Part shown: positions 42,230-53,400 of the stretch, piece by piece
How the letters are laid out: every line of letters starts with the position of its first letter
Numbering within the stretch: position 1 is the stretch's first letter
Origin: Histomonas meleagridis 2922-C6/04-290x
Lineage: Eukaryota > Protista > Parabasalia
DNA length: 64,000 bases
Assembly: GCA_020184695.1 (NCBI GenBank)
Contig: JAANOX010000268.1
Coordinates: 62,001 to 126,000, forward strand
Direction: 5' to 3'
The notes under the pieces: model-generated
Databases searched by the model: none
Told to the model about the DNA's origin: nothing
Seen by the model: only the letters and a program-made list of their open reading frames with translations
Made by a program: the position numbers and the translations under genes

Positions 42230-42661
42230 TTAAATAGAATGAATCTCAAAAAATCCTTGTTCTTGTTGATTATCAGAATTACGATTTCGTGTTGGAATAT
42301 CATATGCTTCATTTGAGTCTTGCTCAATATTAGTTAGCGTGTAAAGAATTGGAACTTCTGTGTTTGAATCAATGTTGAGAATATGGGAAAGAAATTGTCG
42401 ATCCATTGTTTCATCACTTTGAGATTCTCGATTAAACACGGATAGTGTATTGGAATATCCATTAAATTTCAAATATTCTTTGATTAATTCATTAATAATA
42501 AAATTTTCTTGTGTCAATTGATTGCTTGCATTTTTTGTTTGGTCTTCGTGCGTGATCAAATTGAATACTTTTTGTCTCACAGAAGAACTTATTTGATCTA
42601 ATTTCCCGTTTTGTTCAAGATTTGCAATAATTTCATTATGGAGCTCAGCAAATGTCGTCAT
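42230..42661 (-). CDS. LisH protein, FOP/FOPNL (CEP20/FOR20)-like
   Basis: LEQNGKLDQI..VR and NFIINELIKEYLKFNGYSNTLSVF; ATG 42661. Confidence 0.8.
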   Translation of the reverse strand: MTTFAELHNEIIANLEQNGKLDQISSSVRQKVFNLITHEDQTKNASNQLTQENFIINELIKEYLKFNGYSNTLSVFNRESQSDETMDRQFLSHILNIDSNTEVPILYTLTNIEQDSNEAYDIPTRNRNSDNQQEQGFFEIHSI

Positions 42662-42739
42662 TACGTTTAAAATTAAAAAAAAAAATGCCAAATTATTATC
42701 ATTCAATTTTCACTGTCACTTACTAAGTCGTTTCATAAA

Positions 42740-43060
42740 AAATATTATAAAATATAACCTTAATGAAATATTGGCTGTAAAACATATACTTTCAAATCTA
42801 TATTATTATAATAATATAAGATATATCTTTTGATATCAACAAAAATTTAAACGATGATAAAAAAATATTTATTAATTCATATAATCATCATGCAATATTT
42901 TTTTCAGTATAGTAATTTTAGGAGATTACAGAAATTCCCCTCTTTATGAATTTTCCATTGTTCAATTTTTCGAAATTCGATCTGATTTCGACCTTACTTT
43001 TTCGGGAATCAAAGAATATTCCTATATAGTAATGTTGTATGTTAAATATTTTTATTTTCT
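42740..43060 (-). pseudogene. Possible DUF3447-family relic
   Basis: Minus-strand fragments EYSLIPEK.. and FESICFTANISL resemble the family; very degraded. Confidence 0.3.
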
Positions 43061-43121
43061 AACTCATTATTTTGTATCTATTCTAAAACAATCGAAGATT
43101 TTGAATAATTTCATTACTTAA

Positions 43122-45914
43122 TTAAGAAAAGAATTCTTTTACAGTTAATATCGATTCAAAAAATATACAAAACAAAATATTTACAAATATGAAATTGATT
43201 TTCGTTGTGATTCTGTTTTTGCTATTCAACATTCCACTCAATGACCTTGTTATCAAGTTTGGCTCTCTCGCCACTGCGATTGAATCCTCTTCCACAATTG
43301 CGATACAAAATCTTTGATTTTGCCTTGTCATTTTTGCAATCAACTTCAACATCACTGGGTAAAGTAATTCATTTTCCTCCACTATTTCTTTAATTTTTGG
43401 CTTTTCATTTATGAATATTATCACCGAACTTTTCTGATCGTTTTGGGGGGACTCGTTAATTCTTTTCATTTTTCTGAAGACGTCGTTACACGTTGTCACT
43501 TTTCTGATCGGCAGTAGCCTTGAGACCGATGTGAACGTTAAGCATTGAAAAGACGTTGTAAACCTCACTTCAATGTTCATTGGGTCACCCCGTGATAACA
43601 TTTTCTTAAAACGTTCTCTGTTCAAAGGTAATTCATATCGAATTAGGTCCACCCTAAAGTTCTCTTTGGGAACTTTATCTTTGTACCCATAGAATTTTTC
43701 AATTTTTGAGAACTTTCCGATCGAAAACTGATAATTTAATTTGTCGCTTAGGCCTAAGTTGGGGAACAGTTTTGGGATTAACTTGATGATATCTTTACAT
43801 ATATAATTTTTAGGTATCCAAAACGGCTCTCTTACCTTTTGATAGAATTGGCAGGTGACTAATTTTAAGTAATGCGACGAATATAATGATAATGAACAAA
43901 CAGTTACTTTATCTTTCAGTAATTGATACGACAAATTATTTAACGGGAAACAAGAAACAAATGGATAATTTAATGGTAACATCGGCTCATTATTATTTAA
44001 CAATAAAATTTTACGCGGATGAATATTAACCTCAATCGATATCCTCTTTTGGATGTCATAATACGTGTTCGACAATGACATATTTAAACATATTGGAATC
44101 GGCCCATTAAATTTCAAATTGATATTACGAAATGACGTTTCATATATTATTGCTCCGGAGCCTGTTATCTCCTTTCGAAAAGGGCGATGTTGATACCGTT
44201 GCTCATAGCCTGTTTCGAAAAATCGTTCGATGTTATTTCCATAAGTTAAACATATGTACGGCGCTTTCTCAGTTGACAAGAAAAATGGGAAATCGTTGAA
44301 TTCATTTGCATTAAAAACATAGAAATTAGTTATATGACCTTTGATGATATATGTTGATGCTATTGTAGTCAAAGGTAATGGCCCTATGAATTGTGACTTA
44401 CCCGGTAACTGCGCCCATACATTCATATCTTTGGTTAATTGATATGTTGGGAAAAAACGTAAAATTAAATTAGTAAATGTTTCGGTCGAATTACTCCAAT
44501 GACATGGTTTAAGTTTTTCATTGCTTAATGGCTTTCCAATCATTTCTTTGCCAATGATAAAACGTGAAAAATATAAATTTGATTGATATGGAATTAAATG
44601 ATAAGGAATAAAATTGTCAGTGATAACTAAATGATGGCAATCTTTTCGTACGTAAAAGACCATATACGCTACTGCAGAAGTGAAAGTGAATGACTTGAAA
44701 AATGATGGCTCTTCATTAGTAGTAGTACCAAACAATCGATAAATAGTGGCTATATCAACTACACGCGTACTTCCATCATTAAAATATATCCATTGTTCTC
44801 CTAAATTTACTCGGATAAATGATGTGTAATGCCCAAAAATTGGATTTCCACTATGCGCTGATATTGCATAAAGTTCATATTCAGTTTCATTGTTTGTTTC
44901 TTCTGTATAATCCTTTAAATTAATAGTAAAAGGACACTCGAAATGATTACGAAGTTCAATAACCGCATTTTTCTCTGAAATATATTGAAAACGACAAAGG
45001 TGAAACACAAAAATTGAAGGGAGCTTTGAAAAAGTGAACGTTTGGTGCGCTTTGATGATGCCAAGTTCGCCTGTGTCATAAGACTCAATCTCTTCCGGTT
45101 TAGTAAGAAGATTTAATGATTCGTATAGATTACTGAGACCAGAAATTGGTATTGGAAATGAATAAAATGATTCGATTTTTTCAGTAATGTAATTATGTGA
45201 TTGATTAGAAATTATATGTTTGGTTAAACCACCAAAAATTTGATTAATGGATGTGGTAAAGGTTTGGCCTAAATCACTTTCAAGTCGTTCTAATATCCCA
45301 ATTAAAAATTCATTTGCATCATTTTGAACATTGGCTAAATCATTAAATGGACCTAATGCATGGATGAGCGTGTCTAAAGTTGGCGCCTTTGATGATGATT
45401 GTAAATCTAAAAATAATTGTTGGAATGCTGCAGGTGCTGATGGAGGATCAGTATAACTATAAATGAGTTGACGAAAAGAGCCTGTATAAAATAAAATTTG
45501 TATTATTGTGGCCATATAACATGTTGATCCAGAATTTAATAATCCTAAATATTTATCTTTTCGAGTATAAGGGTAATCATTACATAACTGAATTCCAATA
45601 AAAAAATTATTATCAAATTCATTGAGATGAATAGCACAAAATGGTTGAGATTTTGTGAAGTTAGCTCTAGTTGAAATCAATTGTTCCATTGAAATAATAT
45701 CAATAGAAAATGAAAATATTTCATCTGGTTGCCATTGTGAGGCTGTACAACAATAAATAAATATTGTTGAAATATTACAATTTAAAAAAGCAATAAATTT
45801 TTCATCTTCTTGCACAAAAACAGGTGAACATGAATGTCCGTTTTCATTTGGGGTAAGGTTCCACTCAAAATAATTTGGTTCTGTAATCTTTTGTTGGGAA
45901 GAACCCAATCCCAT
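43122..45914 (-). CDS. Ubiquitin-specific protease (C19), USP7-like architecture
   Basis: Cys box GLLNSGSTCYM, QNDANEF, His box AHSG..FGHYT, FND; likely start MGLGSSQ at ATG 45914. Confidence 0.92.
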   Translation of the reverse strand: MGLGSSQQKITEPNYFEWNLTPNENGHSCSPVFVQEDEKFIAFLNCNISTIFIYCCTASQWQPDEIFSFSIDIISMEQLISTRANFTKSQPFCAIHLNEFDNNFFIGIQLCNDYPYTRKDKYLGLLNSGSTCYMATIIQILFYTGSFRQLIYSYTDPPSAPAAFQQLFLDLQSSSKAPTLDTLIHALGPFNDLANVQNDANEFLIGILERLESDLGQTFTTSINQIFGGLTKHIISNQSHNYITEKIESFYSFPIPISGLSNLYESLNLLTKPEEIESYDTGELGIIKAHQTFTFSKLPSIFVFHLCRFQYISEKNAVIELRNHFECPFTINLKDYTEETNNETEYELYAISAHSGNPIFGHYTSFIRVNLGEQWIYFNDGSTRVVDIATIYRLFGTTTNEEPSFFKSFTFTSAVAYMVFYVRKDCHHLVITDNFIPYHLIPYQSNLYFSRFIIGKEMIGKPLSNEKLKPCHWSNSTETFTNLILRFFPTYQLTKDMNVWAQLPGKSQFIGPLPLTTIASTYIIKGHITNFYVFNANEFNDFPFFLSTEKAPYICLTYGNNIERFFETGYEQRYQHRPFRKEITGSGAIIYETSFRNINLKFNGPIPICLNMSLSNTYYDIQKRISIEVNIHPRKILLLNNNEPMLPLNYPFVSCFPLNNLSYQLLKDKVTVCSLSLYSSHYLKLVTCQFYQKVREPFWIPKNYICKDIIKLIPKLFPNLGLSDKLNYQFSIGKFSKIEKFYGYKDKVPKENFRVDLIRYELPLNRERFKKMLSRGDPMNIEVRFTTSFQCLTFTSVSRLLPIRKVTTCNDVFRKMKRINESPQNDQKSSVIIFINEKPKIKEIVEENELLYPVMLKLIAKMTRQNQRFCIAIVEEDSIAVAREPNLITRSLSGMLNSKNRITTKINFIFVNILFCIFFESILTVKEFFS

Positions 45915-45982
45915 CAATACAAAACCTCCTAATAACCAATGAAATGTGATATGAAAACAAGAAAAGTTCAATTAAATTTTTT

Positions 45983-47527
45983 TTAATAAATTACAACTTC
46001 TTCTGTATTAGGATAATAAGCATTTAATATTCCTTCAATTTTTGGATCTAAATCTTCATAATACCCTAACGATTTTTCCAAAAAGTCTGGAAAGATTTGA
46101 GTTGTTAAAATTTGATATTCTTCTGATTGATTTTCAGCACCGAATTTTCCGAAAGTTGACAAAATTTTATCAATTAAATCTAAACAATCTTTCATTAATT
46201 CAGTATCTCCACATTGAAGAGAAACGAATAAATCAGGAACAGCACTAAGCTTAACAAATTCATTTAATTGGTCTATATTTGCTTTTTCCATTATAGTTAT
46301 CATAAGTTTAATTAAATCTTCTTTTAAAGATAATGTTCCATCATCCATTATCCACTCCGAAATCTCTGCGAAAACTTCAATGTTAAAATCATATAAAGCT
46401 TCATCTGAAGCTATTTTATTATTTATCATAATTAAAGCAGAACCATAAAGTTCTCGATAAGTTTGTTCAGTTAAACTTGAACCATTTCTTCTTAAATATA
46501 GAAGTGTTGATTCAATATCAATAATTTGAGCTATTAAAGCTCGATTTTGTTCATCAGAACAATAAATAGAATTTATAAATAATTCAAATGCAGGCCTTAA
46601 ATTACAATCTTCATCTTCAATCAATGTTATTGTTTCATCTTCATCTCCTTCTTCAAATAATAACATTGTTTCATATACTCGATTATATACTTTTAGTTCA
46701 ATAAACAAATTTATTTTTTCTTTAAATTTCGTCGTATAAATATCAAAGAAATCAATGATTATATTGTATAAATGACGTTTTGGTACTTCTATAATACGTA
46801 AATATAAATTAATTATATCAATTTCTTCTTGTGGATGTACTAAATTTGGTGAAAGAAGAAAATTATTTAATATGTCAATCATAACTTGCTCAATTTTAAT
46901 ATCATCTGTTTCAGAACCATCTCCATTTTCATATTTTTCTTGGATGTTACTGTATAAAAAATTTGCAAAAATTGGCAAAAATGCTTGTTGATAGATGGTA
47001 TAAATTAAATGAAATTGTAATGTTGAAAGATCTAAAAAAAGAACAATATTATAAATAAAACGTGACCTTGGGATGTTTCCATTGGTTACCGTTGGTTCTG
47101 TGAAATCAATAATGATCGATTTTAAAAATGGAAGTAACCCAAAAGATTCATTTAAAAAAAATTCATTTGTTTCTGGTGTTTGACCAATAATACGGTCAAT
47201 CATTGAAATGATTGATTCGCCAAATTGAGGGAAATTTATAAAGCAAAAACAAAGATCAGAAAAGAAATCTTGTTGAAGAAAAAAATCAATATTAATTTTT
47301 CCTTTTTGAGCAAAAAAATTTTGAAATCCATTTAAAATAGTACTCAAAGATTGAATATCTGTTGTTGAAATTGCTCTTTTAAGATCTTCAAAAATTACAG
47401 GTTCGATGGTTTTAACTGAGTTAGAATCACTTTCCTCTTCATGTTTTATTTGAGTCAAATATTTAGTAACACTACGAAATCGTCCATTTGAAGAATGAAT
47501 ATGATTTAATTTATAGGACACATGCAT
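45983..47527 (-). CDS. Hypothetical ARM/HEAT-like acidic helical protein
   Basis: 514-aa intact helical ORF. Confidence 0.7.
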   Translation of the reverse strand: MHVSYKLNHIHSSNGRFRSVTKYLTQIKHEEESDSNSVKTIEPVIFEDLKRAISTTDIQSLSTILNGFQNFFAQKGKINIDFFLQQDFFSDLCFCFINFPQFGESIISMIDRIIGQTPETNEFFLNESFGLLPFLKSIIIDFTEPTVTNGNIPRSRFIYNIVLFLDLSTLQFHLIYTIYQQAFLPIFANFLYSNIQEKYENGDGSETDDIKIEQVMIDILNNFLLSPNLVHPQEEIDIINLYLRIIEVPKRHLYNIIIDFFDIYTTKFKEKINLFIELKVYNRVYETMLLFEEGDEDETITLIEDEDCNLRPAFELFINSIYCSDEQNRALIAQIIDIESTLLYLRRNGSSLTEQTYRELYGSALIMINNKIASDEALYDFNIEVFAEISEWIMDDGTLSLKEDLIKLMITIMEKANIDQLNEFVKLSAVPDLFVSLQCGDTELMKDCLDLIDKILSTFGKFGAENQSEEYQILTTQIFPDFLEKSLGYYEDLDPKIEGILNAYYPNTEEVVIY

Positions 47528-47631
47528 TCAAAGAAATTAACGTACTCATGTTATAAAGGATTTACTTTGCAAATAACTCAAAAAGTTGGAAAGTACACGT
47601 AAGAATCTAAAAACGCCAACCAGCAAAAAAA

Positions 47632-48546
47632 ATGGATTTGTCCAAACTCATTCAAACTCTAAATGATTGTATTACACCTGAGGAACAAGAAATCACACCT
47701 TTGTTAGAAAAAGCAACAGAACTTCTTCAAGACCAACCAAATATAAAAATTTTACATTCACCAATCACAGTTTGTGGAGATATTCATGGTCAATTATTTG
47801 ATCTTCAAGAGCTGTTTTGCATTGGTGGTGAATGTCCGGATACCAATTACATATTTTTAGGTGATTATGTTGATAGAGGTCATTATTCAGTAGAAACATT
47901 TTTATTATTATTATGTTTATATGTTAAGTATCCATCCAGAATGACTCTTTTACGTGGAAATCATGAAGCACGACAAACAACTCAAGCATATGGTTTTTAT
48001 GATGAATGCATTCAAAAATTTGGCAATGCCAATGTTTGGAAAGCATGTACTGATCTTTTTGATCTCTTTCCTATTGCAGCGGTCATCGATAATGAAATAT
48101 TTTGTGTTCATGGCGGATTATCGTCTGGCATTAAAACACTTGATGACATCAACAAAATAGACAGAAAATGTGAGCCACCAAGTGCCGGGCCTTATTGTGA
48201 TCTTCTTTGGAGTGATCCTGATAGTAGCATTGAAGGATTTACGATGAGTCCACGTGGAGCCGGATTTCTTTTTGGTGGTGATGTAGTTAAAGAATTTAAT
48301 GAACAAAACAAAATTAGTTTTATTTGCCGTGCGCATCAGCTCATGATGGAAGGCTATGATTTGATGTTTGACGAAACATTGGCAACGATTTGGAGTGCCC
48401 CAAATTATTGCTATCGGAGTGGTAACGTTGCTGCAATTTTAGAGTTTGACGAAAAGTTAAATAAAACATTCAAAACATTCGAGGCAAGACCAGAAAATGA
48501 ATGTAAGAGTCAAGGGCAACCACAGCCACTGGAATATTTTTCTTAA
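47632..48546 (+). CDS. PP2A-family (PP4/PP6-like) phosphatase catalytic subunit
   Basis: [40 protein letters not shown]. Confidence 0.96.
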   Translation: MDLSKLIQTLNDCITPEEQEITPLLEKATELLQDQPNIKILHSPITVCGDIHGQLFDLQELFCIGGECPDTNYIFLGDYVDRGHYSVETFLLLLCLYVKYPSRMTLLRGNHEARQTTQAYGFYDECIQKFGNANVWKACTDLFDLFPIAAVIDNEIFCVHGGLSSGIKTLDDINKIDRKCEPPSAGPYCDLLWSDPDSSIEGFTMSPRGAGFLFGGDVVKEFNEQNKISFICRAHQLMMEGYDLMFDETLATIWSAPNYCYRSGNVAAILEFDEKLNKTFKTFEARPENECKSQGQPQPLEYFS

Positions 48547-49261
48547 TAAAAATAAAATCATTTTCATGAAAATTAATTAATTATTAATTTAGTTAATAAA
48601 TTATTTTTTAGAATTCTATAAAATCTTGATAAATAACATGAAAACTCTAAATCATGAGGAGAAATAGTAAATCATTCTTTGAATATTTTTTGAAATTTGT
48701 TCAAAAAAAAATTTAATGAATAATCATTGGATATCCAATCGAAAAATTAGCAAATGAGAAAGTACACCATCGATAGCATTCCCTCATAATTTTCTTTTTA
48801 ATTTCAAATATATTTCATTTAAATTTTTGTGGAAGCCTTTTTATGCAACAGACAGATTTAGAGCAAAGTGTTAAGGTTTAATTCATTTTTGTTGGCTTGT
48901 TTTTTGCATTATGCATAAGCAGAGCTTTTGTCCAGTAAAATTCAAGTCAAATTTTCTCAGTCATTAACAAAGTGACCATGATTAATATTGTTGGTCCAGC
49001 AATGAATTTTTTAAACCACCCTAAGTACTAAACTGTGATGAAAGTTTAATTTGTTGCAATAAATTTATTAAATTAGTTGATATTATACATTCAATGTTGA
49101 TAAATTTTCATATCCATCGCCTCCCTCTTGTTAGCTATACAAAGAATTATTCAAAATTTTCTTAATATGCATAGCAATCGAGAAATTCGAAAATTTGGAC
49201 AAAAACTGGCCTTTTGAATGCAAACCGTAAATTTTAAAACTGGCCAAATAGCTCATTTTTA

Positions 49262-49981
49262 ATGATGGAATCTAGAGATTTTCAAGGCTTGACAAATATT
49301 TCATATGCTCCTTTGTCTGCTGTGGCTTCTAGTTTTAGTGGGTTAACTCCTAAAACTTGTGAAACATCAAATACAATAATCATAAAAAATCTTTCAACTG
49401 AGTTTGAAAAATTTTTAAACATATTGAGCTTATTTGGTGAAATTTTTAAGGTCAAATTTAACGCTAACAAGGGTATTGTTTTTGTGATTTTTTATGATTC
49501 TCGTCATTCGGAAAAAGCTCAAAGCTCTCTGGACGGATTCGTTTTTGAGTCGATGAGGCTAAAATGTGAATTTGTTCATAAATCTCAAGAATATGATTTT
49601 GATCAATTGTCTTTAGATAAATGTCCAAGTTTATATGTTTCATGCTTGGATAAAAAACAGAGTCAGGTGTTGGCACATTTCTCTGTTTCCAAGTTGGCTA
49701 GAAATTTTGGTGAGGTAAAGAACATATTTAAATTTGATAATGAGACATTTATCATAGAGTTTTTTGATTTTAGATCAGCTAAAAAAATGTTGTCTAGCAA
49801 GTGTGACTTGTTTATTGATTCCGTTCCAATCGTTTGTAATTATTCTCCTGCAATAAATCAAGAAAGAATCAGATTTCAAAATTTAGATGATAATGTAAAG
49901 ATGATTTATAACATGTTTAGATACCCAAATTGTTGTACGAATGTTTCCCTTCCTTTATCTAAATTAAATAAAATTATATAA
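49262..49981 (+). CDS. Two-RRM protein (Mei2-like)
   Basis: Two RRMs with VIFYDSRHSEKA and IEFFDFRSAKK (Mei2-type F(Y/F)DxR). Confidence 0.75.
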   Translation: MMESRDFQGLTNISYAPLSAVASSFSGLTPKTCETSNTIIIKNLSTEFEKFLNILSLFGEIFKVKFNANKGIVFVIFYDSRHSEKAQSSLDGFVFESMRLKCEFVHKSQEYDFDQLSLDKCPSLYVSCLDKKQSQVLAHFSVSKLARNFGEVKNIFKFDNETFIIEFFDFRSAKKMLSSKCDLFIDSVPIVCNYSPAINQERIRFQNLDDNVKMIYNMFRYPNCCTNVSLPLSKLNKII

Positions 49982-50598
49982 AAAATATTTTTTTTAATAT
50001 ATTGTTTTACTGAAAGATCTATTTGCCACAAAATTTAGAAATGCTGAATTTTTGTTATTACCTAGAAAACACACTACTATGAATGTATTTACAACAAGCA
50101 TATTTAAGATATCGTCGAATTGTGTCTAAGATGATATTTGTTTTTAAATTAAAGATTGGTATTAATTTCACAGTTTGAAGCATTGCTTGTGAAATTTCTA
50201 AAAATTCTTTATGCTAAGGTGTCGGCATTAATTAATTAAGTGCTAATTCATTGATGTGCACATTAATTGGTTTTTGACGGCAAATTTGGTTTAATTATTT
50301 TGTTAACACGACGATCCTTTTTAATTGAAAATTAGTTATCAATGAATCTCCTTCAAATCGTAAAACCTAAATATATATGTCTTCCGTTTGATTCTCAAGA
50401 AAACCTTCTGTTTGAAATAATAATTTTGTAAAAAATATTTGATTACTGTCACCAACACAACAGCCGGATGTTAATTTTTCAAGTGAATTACCATTAATAA
50501 TAATAATTTTTTCATAAGTTTTTCAAAAACAAAAAACACAATACTAAAAATGATTAAGTATTTAGAATATGTTATATTTTATTGTGTATTTATCTTAT

Positions 50599-52479
50599 TT
50601 ACATTTGATTAATGAATTTCTCTTCTTTGAAATCATCTGCAAATGGATCTTCTTCAATATTTGATATAGATATTCCTGTTGTGAATGTATTTGTAGTTTG
50701 GTTGTTATCATTTTGTTGTTCTGAAATTTCATTTTCAGCAAATTCTTCTTTTTTATTTTTAATTCGTATTAATAATATTATAAGTAATGAAATTATAATA
50801 ATAACAACAACAATAACGCAAACGATTATGATGATGATTGTTGTTTTGCTATCATTTGTTTGAAATTCATTGTTATAAATAAATGTAAAGAAGTTCGAAT
50901 AATAAATATAATAAGTTGAATAAATAATAACTGTGTAATCATAATATATAAATTCTGTTTCAATATAAATATTCGATGAATTAATTGTAATTAGCGAAAG
51001 TGATCTTGTTTGTATTTCAGAATAAGTAAATGAATGCGTAATTGATAATGTGATCGTTAATAGATATGAAAAAGATTTCGTTAAATCGTTTTGAAATGAC
51101 TGAGTAAATGTATGTGACTTAAAATATGTATTACTATGACTGAATGAATTTAATACTGAAAATGTATTTGACTTAGAGAATGTATTACTATGACTGAATG
51201 TATGTGATGATGAAAACGAAAGTGTTGATATTGGTCTGCAGTTCCCTTCAGCTGTTTTGCTGTTGACTGATAATTCTCCAAATGTCTTGTCGACATATGT
51301 TGGATATGTTATAACTGTTGTCGTAACATTATAAAATGCACCCAATCCAATATTTGGTTCTGTTTCGCCATAATAATAAATGCATTCAAGTCCATAACAA
51401 TTACCAAACGCTGAACCTCCAATTTCTTTGATTCCATACCCAAGTGTTAATATTCTTAATTGAGAACAGAATGAAAATGCTGAACCACCAATTATTATAA
51501 CTGAATTTGGAATTGTAATGTTTCCGATCGATGAACAGAATGAAAATGCTGAACCATAAATTGTTGTAACATTTTCGCCAAAAAGAATAATTTCTAATCG
51601 TGGACATGAAGAGAACGCATAACTCCCAATATTTGATATAGAATTACCAAGATTAACTGAAATAACTTTTAACCAATTTGCAAATGAATTCCTTGGAATG
51701 GTATAAATTCCTTCATTAATGTTGACAAATTTCGTGATGTTTTTATATTGTTCAATTTCATTAAAATCATTTGAGTTTGTTATTGTTAATGTTAAATTAT
51801 TATTATCATAAAATATTTGATAAGAATTCATGAAAAATATAACAAAAATTAAAACATTTTTGTGTTTTTTCTTTTCGCTTGTTTTCAATTCATAGTTGGT
51901 CAATAAAAATTTCTGTAGAAAAAGTGGTTTTTTCTGAAAAAAATTGATATAAACCACCACAATCATAATTGAAAAAACGGCGGTTAAACGAGCAAATGCA
52001 TTGAATTTAAATGGTCGGTCTGTTTTATCGTTTTGCATCAATGAGGAACAAAGAAATTTCCTCTGGATCAAAGATATATTCTCACAACATCTTTTCATGG
52101 TTTGCTTTGATGGATTGTTTTCAATAAACATAATGGTTGTATGGGATTTATTTTGGGTAAATGTAAAATGTGATGCTGAGAATTTTATTTTGCCATTAAA
52201 TATTTGAAGCATAACAAATGTATGCTCTACTTCAGTGAGGAAATGTAAAAATAAACTGGTTTTAAAGAAATTGGAAATTGTGTTAAATATATCAAATTTC
52301 TGATACTTAATTTCAAAGATCGGATCTTCTGCATTGTACCCATGTGTGAATGCTTCTTTGCTTAGGATCTTTTTCATATTTGATATTTTTATAGTTGTAA
52401 AACATGGGATTTCTGGTAACATACTGTTTCCAAATTGCTTTCTTATGAACGAAATGAGCAGCAAACGAAGAATTTTCAT
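50599..52479 (-). CDS. BspA-like (TpLRR) single-pass surface protein, copy 1, with long unrelated N-terminal extension
   Basis: TpLRR repeats (IGSYAFSSC, ITIPNSV), Ser/Thr-rich stalk, TM, EEDPFADDF tail; internal ATG at 51831; start uncertain. Confidence 0.85.
   Translation of the reverse strand: MKILRLLLISFIRKQFGNSMLPEIPCFTTIKISNMKKILSKEAFTHGYNAEDPIFEIKYQKFDIFNTISNFFKTSLFLHFLTEVEHTFVMLQIFNGKIKFSASHFTFTQNKSHTTIMFIENNPSKQTMKRCCENISLIQRKFLCSSLMQNDKTDRPFKFNAFARLTAVFSIMIVVVYINFFQKKPLFLQKFLLTNYELKTSEKKKHKNVLIFVIFFMNSYQIFYDNNNLTLTITNSNDFNEIEQYKNITKFVNINEGIYTIPRNSFANWLKVISVNLGNSISNIGSYAFSSCPRLEIILFGENVTTIYGSAFSFCSSIGNITIPNSVIIIGGSAFSFCSQLRILTLGYGIKEIGGSAFGNCYGLECIYYYGETEPNIGLGAFYNVTTTVITYPTYVDKTFGELSVNSKTAEGNCRPISTLSFSSSHTFSHSNTFSKSNTFSVLNSFSHSNTYFKSHTFTQSFQNDLTKSFSYLLTITLSITHSFTYSEIQTRSLSLITINSSNIYIETEFIYYDYTVIIYSTYYIYYSNFFTFIYNNEFQTNDSKTTIIIIIVCVIVVVIIIISLLIILLIRIKNKKEEFAENEISEQQNDNNQTTNTFTTGISISNIEEDPFADDFKEEKFINQM
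51190..51887. repeat. Recent duplication of a BspA cassette; partner at about 53910-54605
   Basis: Near-identical by direct comparison over about 700 bp; homology starts abruptly at tgaaaacaagcg on the coding strand. Confidence 0.95.
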
Positions 52480-53400
52480 GCTTCAAGACCCAATATAGCT
52501 AAGGCCTTTGCTAAATACACATCGGCCCATACAAAAGTTAAAAATCGCACGGTTAATATTTAAAAAATTTATTGTTTGATTGAAGTTTTTCAATTTAACC
52601 TAAATTTTTTTGTTTCAATATTTAAATTAAACCCAGAAAAGATGCTGAATTAAATGTTTTTAAAGGCACTTTTAAATAATTTAATGAATGGATGTGATAA
52701 AGCTTGATTTGTTGATCAAAATGATATACTTTTGTTGTTGGAAAACACTTTTTAAAGTTATTTGTTTTCATTATTTTCAAGAAATATGAAATTTTGTTTA
52801 TGTTCATCTGTTTTACTTGATGCATAATAAGTCCTTAAAGACATATCATATATAAATATGATTTATTCATTAAAAGATAAAATATTAATGCATGTTTGTA
52901 AATATTAAAGTAAATTATTACACAACCTCCATCATGTTACTTATAAATTAATGAATGTGTGAACGGTAAATAAATTGTGAATATGTAAGAAAAAGATAAA
53001 TCACTTTGAAGATGTGCTTGAATAAGCATCTTAGAATATAATTAGCAAATCATAATATTAATATGTAAAATTATTATATTTAATAACACTTATAATATTT
53101 CTCTTGATTTGGTTCATCAAAAAATCATCAGATATTATCTTCATATACATTGTTTTATAATTAATGATATCAAAAGTGAGTGCGTAAACATGAATATCTG
53201 TTACAAACTATAAATCATTTCGTCAATAACTGCTTTAATATGATAACATTTTTGTCTTTAGGATTTTGCCTCAAAACATTATATATATTATAAATCGATT
53301 AACATTTCAAACATTATCATTTCTCATTGCGGATCACTTCATACTATTTTAAATATATAAAAATATATCAATTAAAAATATATTTTTATTTTACATCAAA

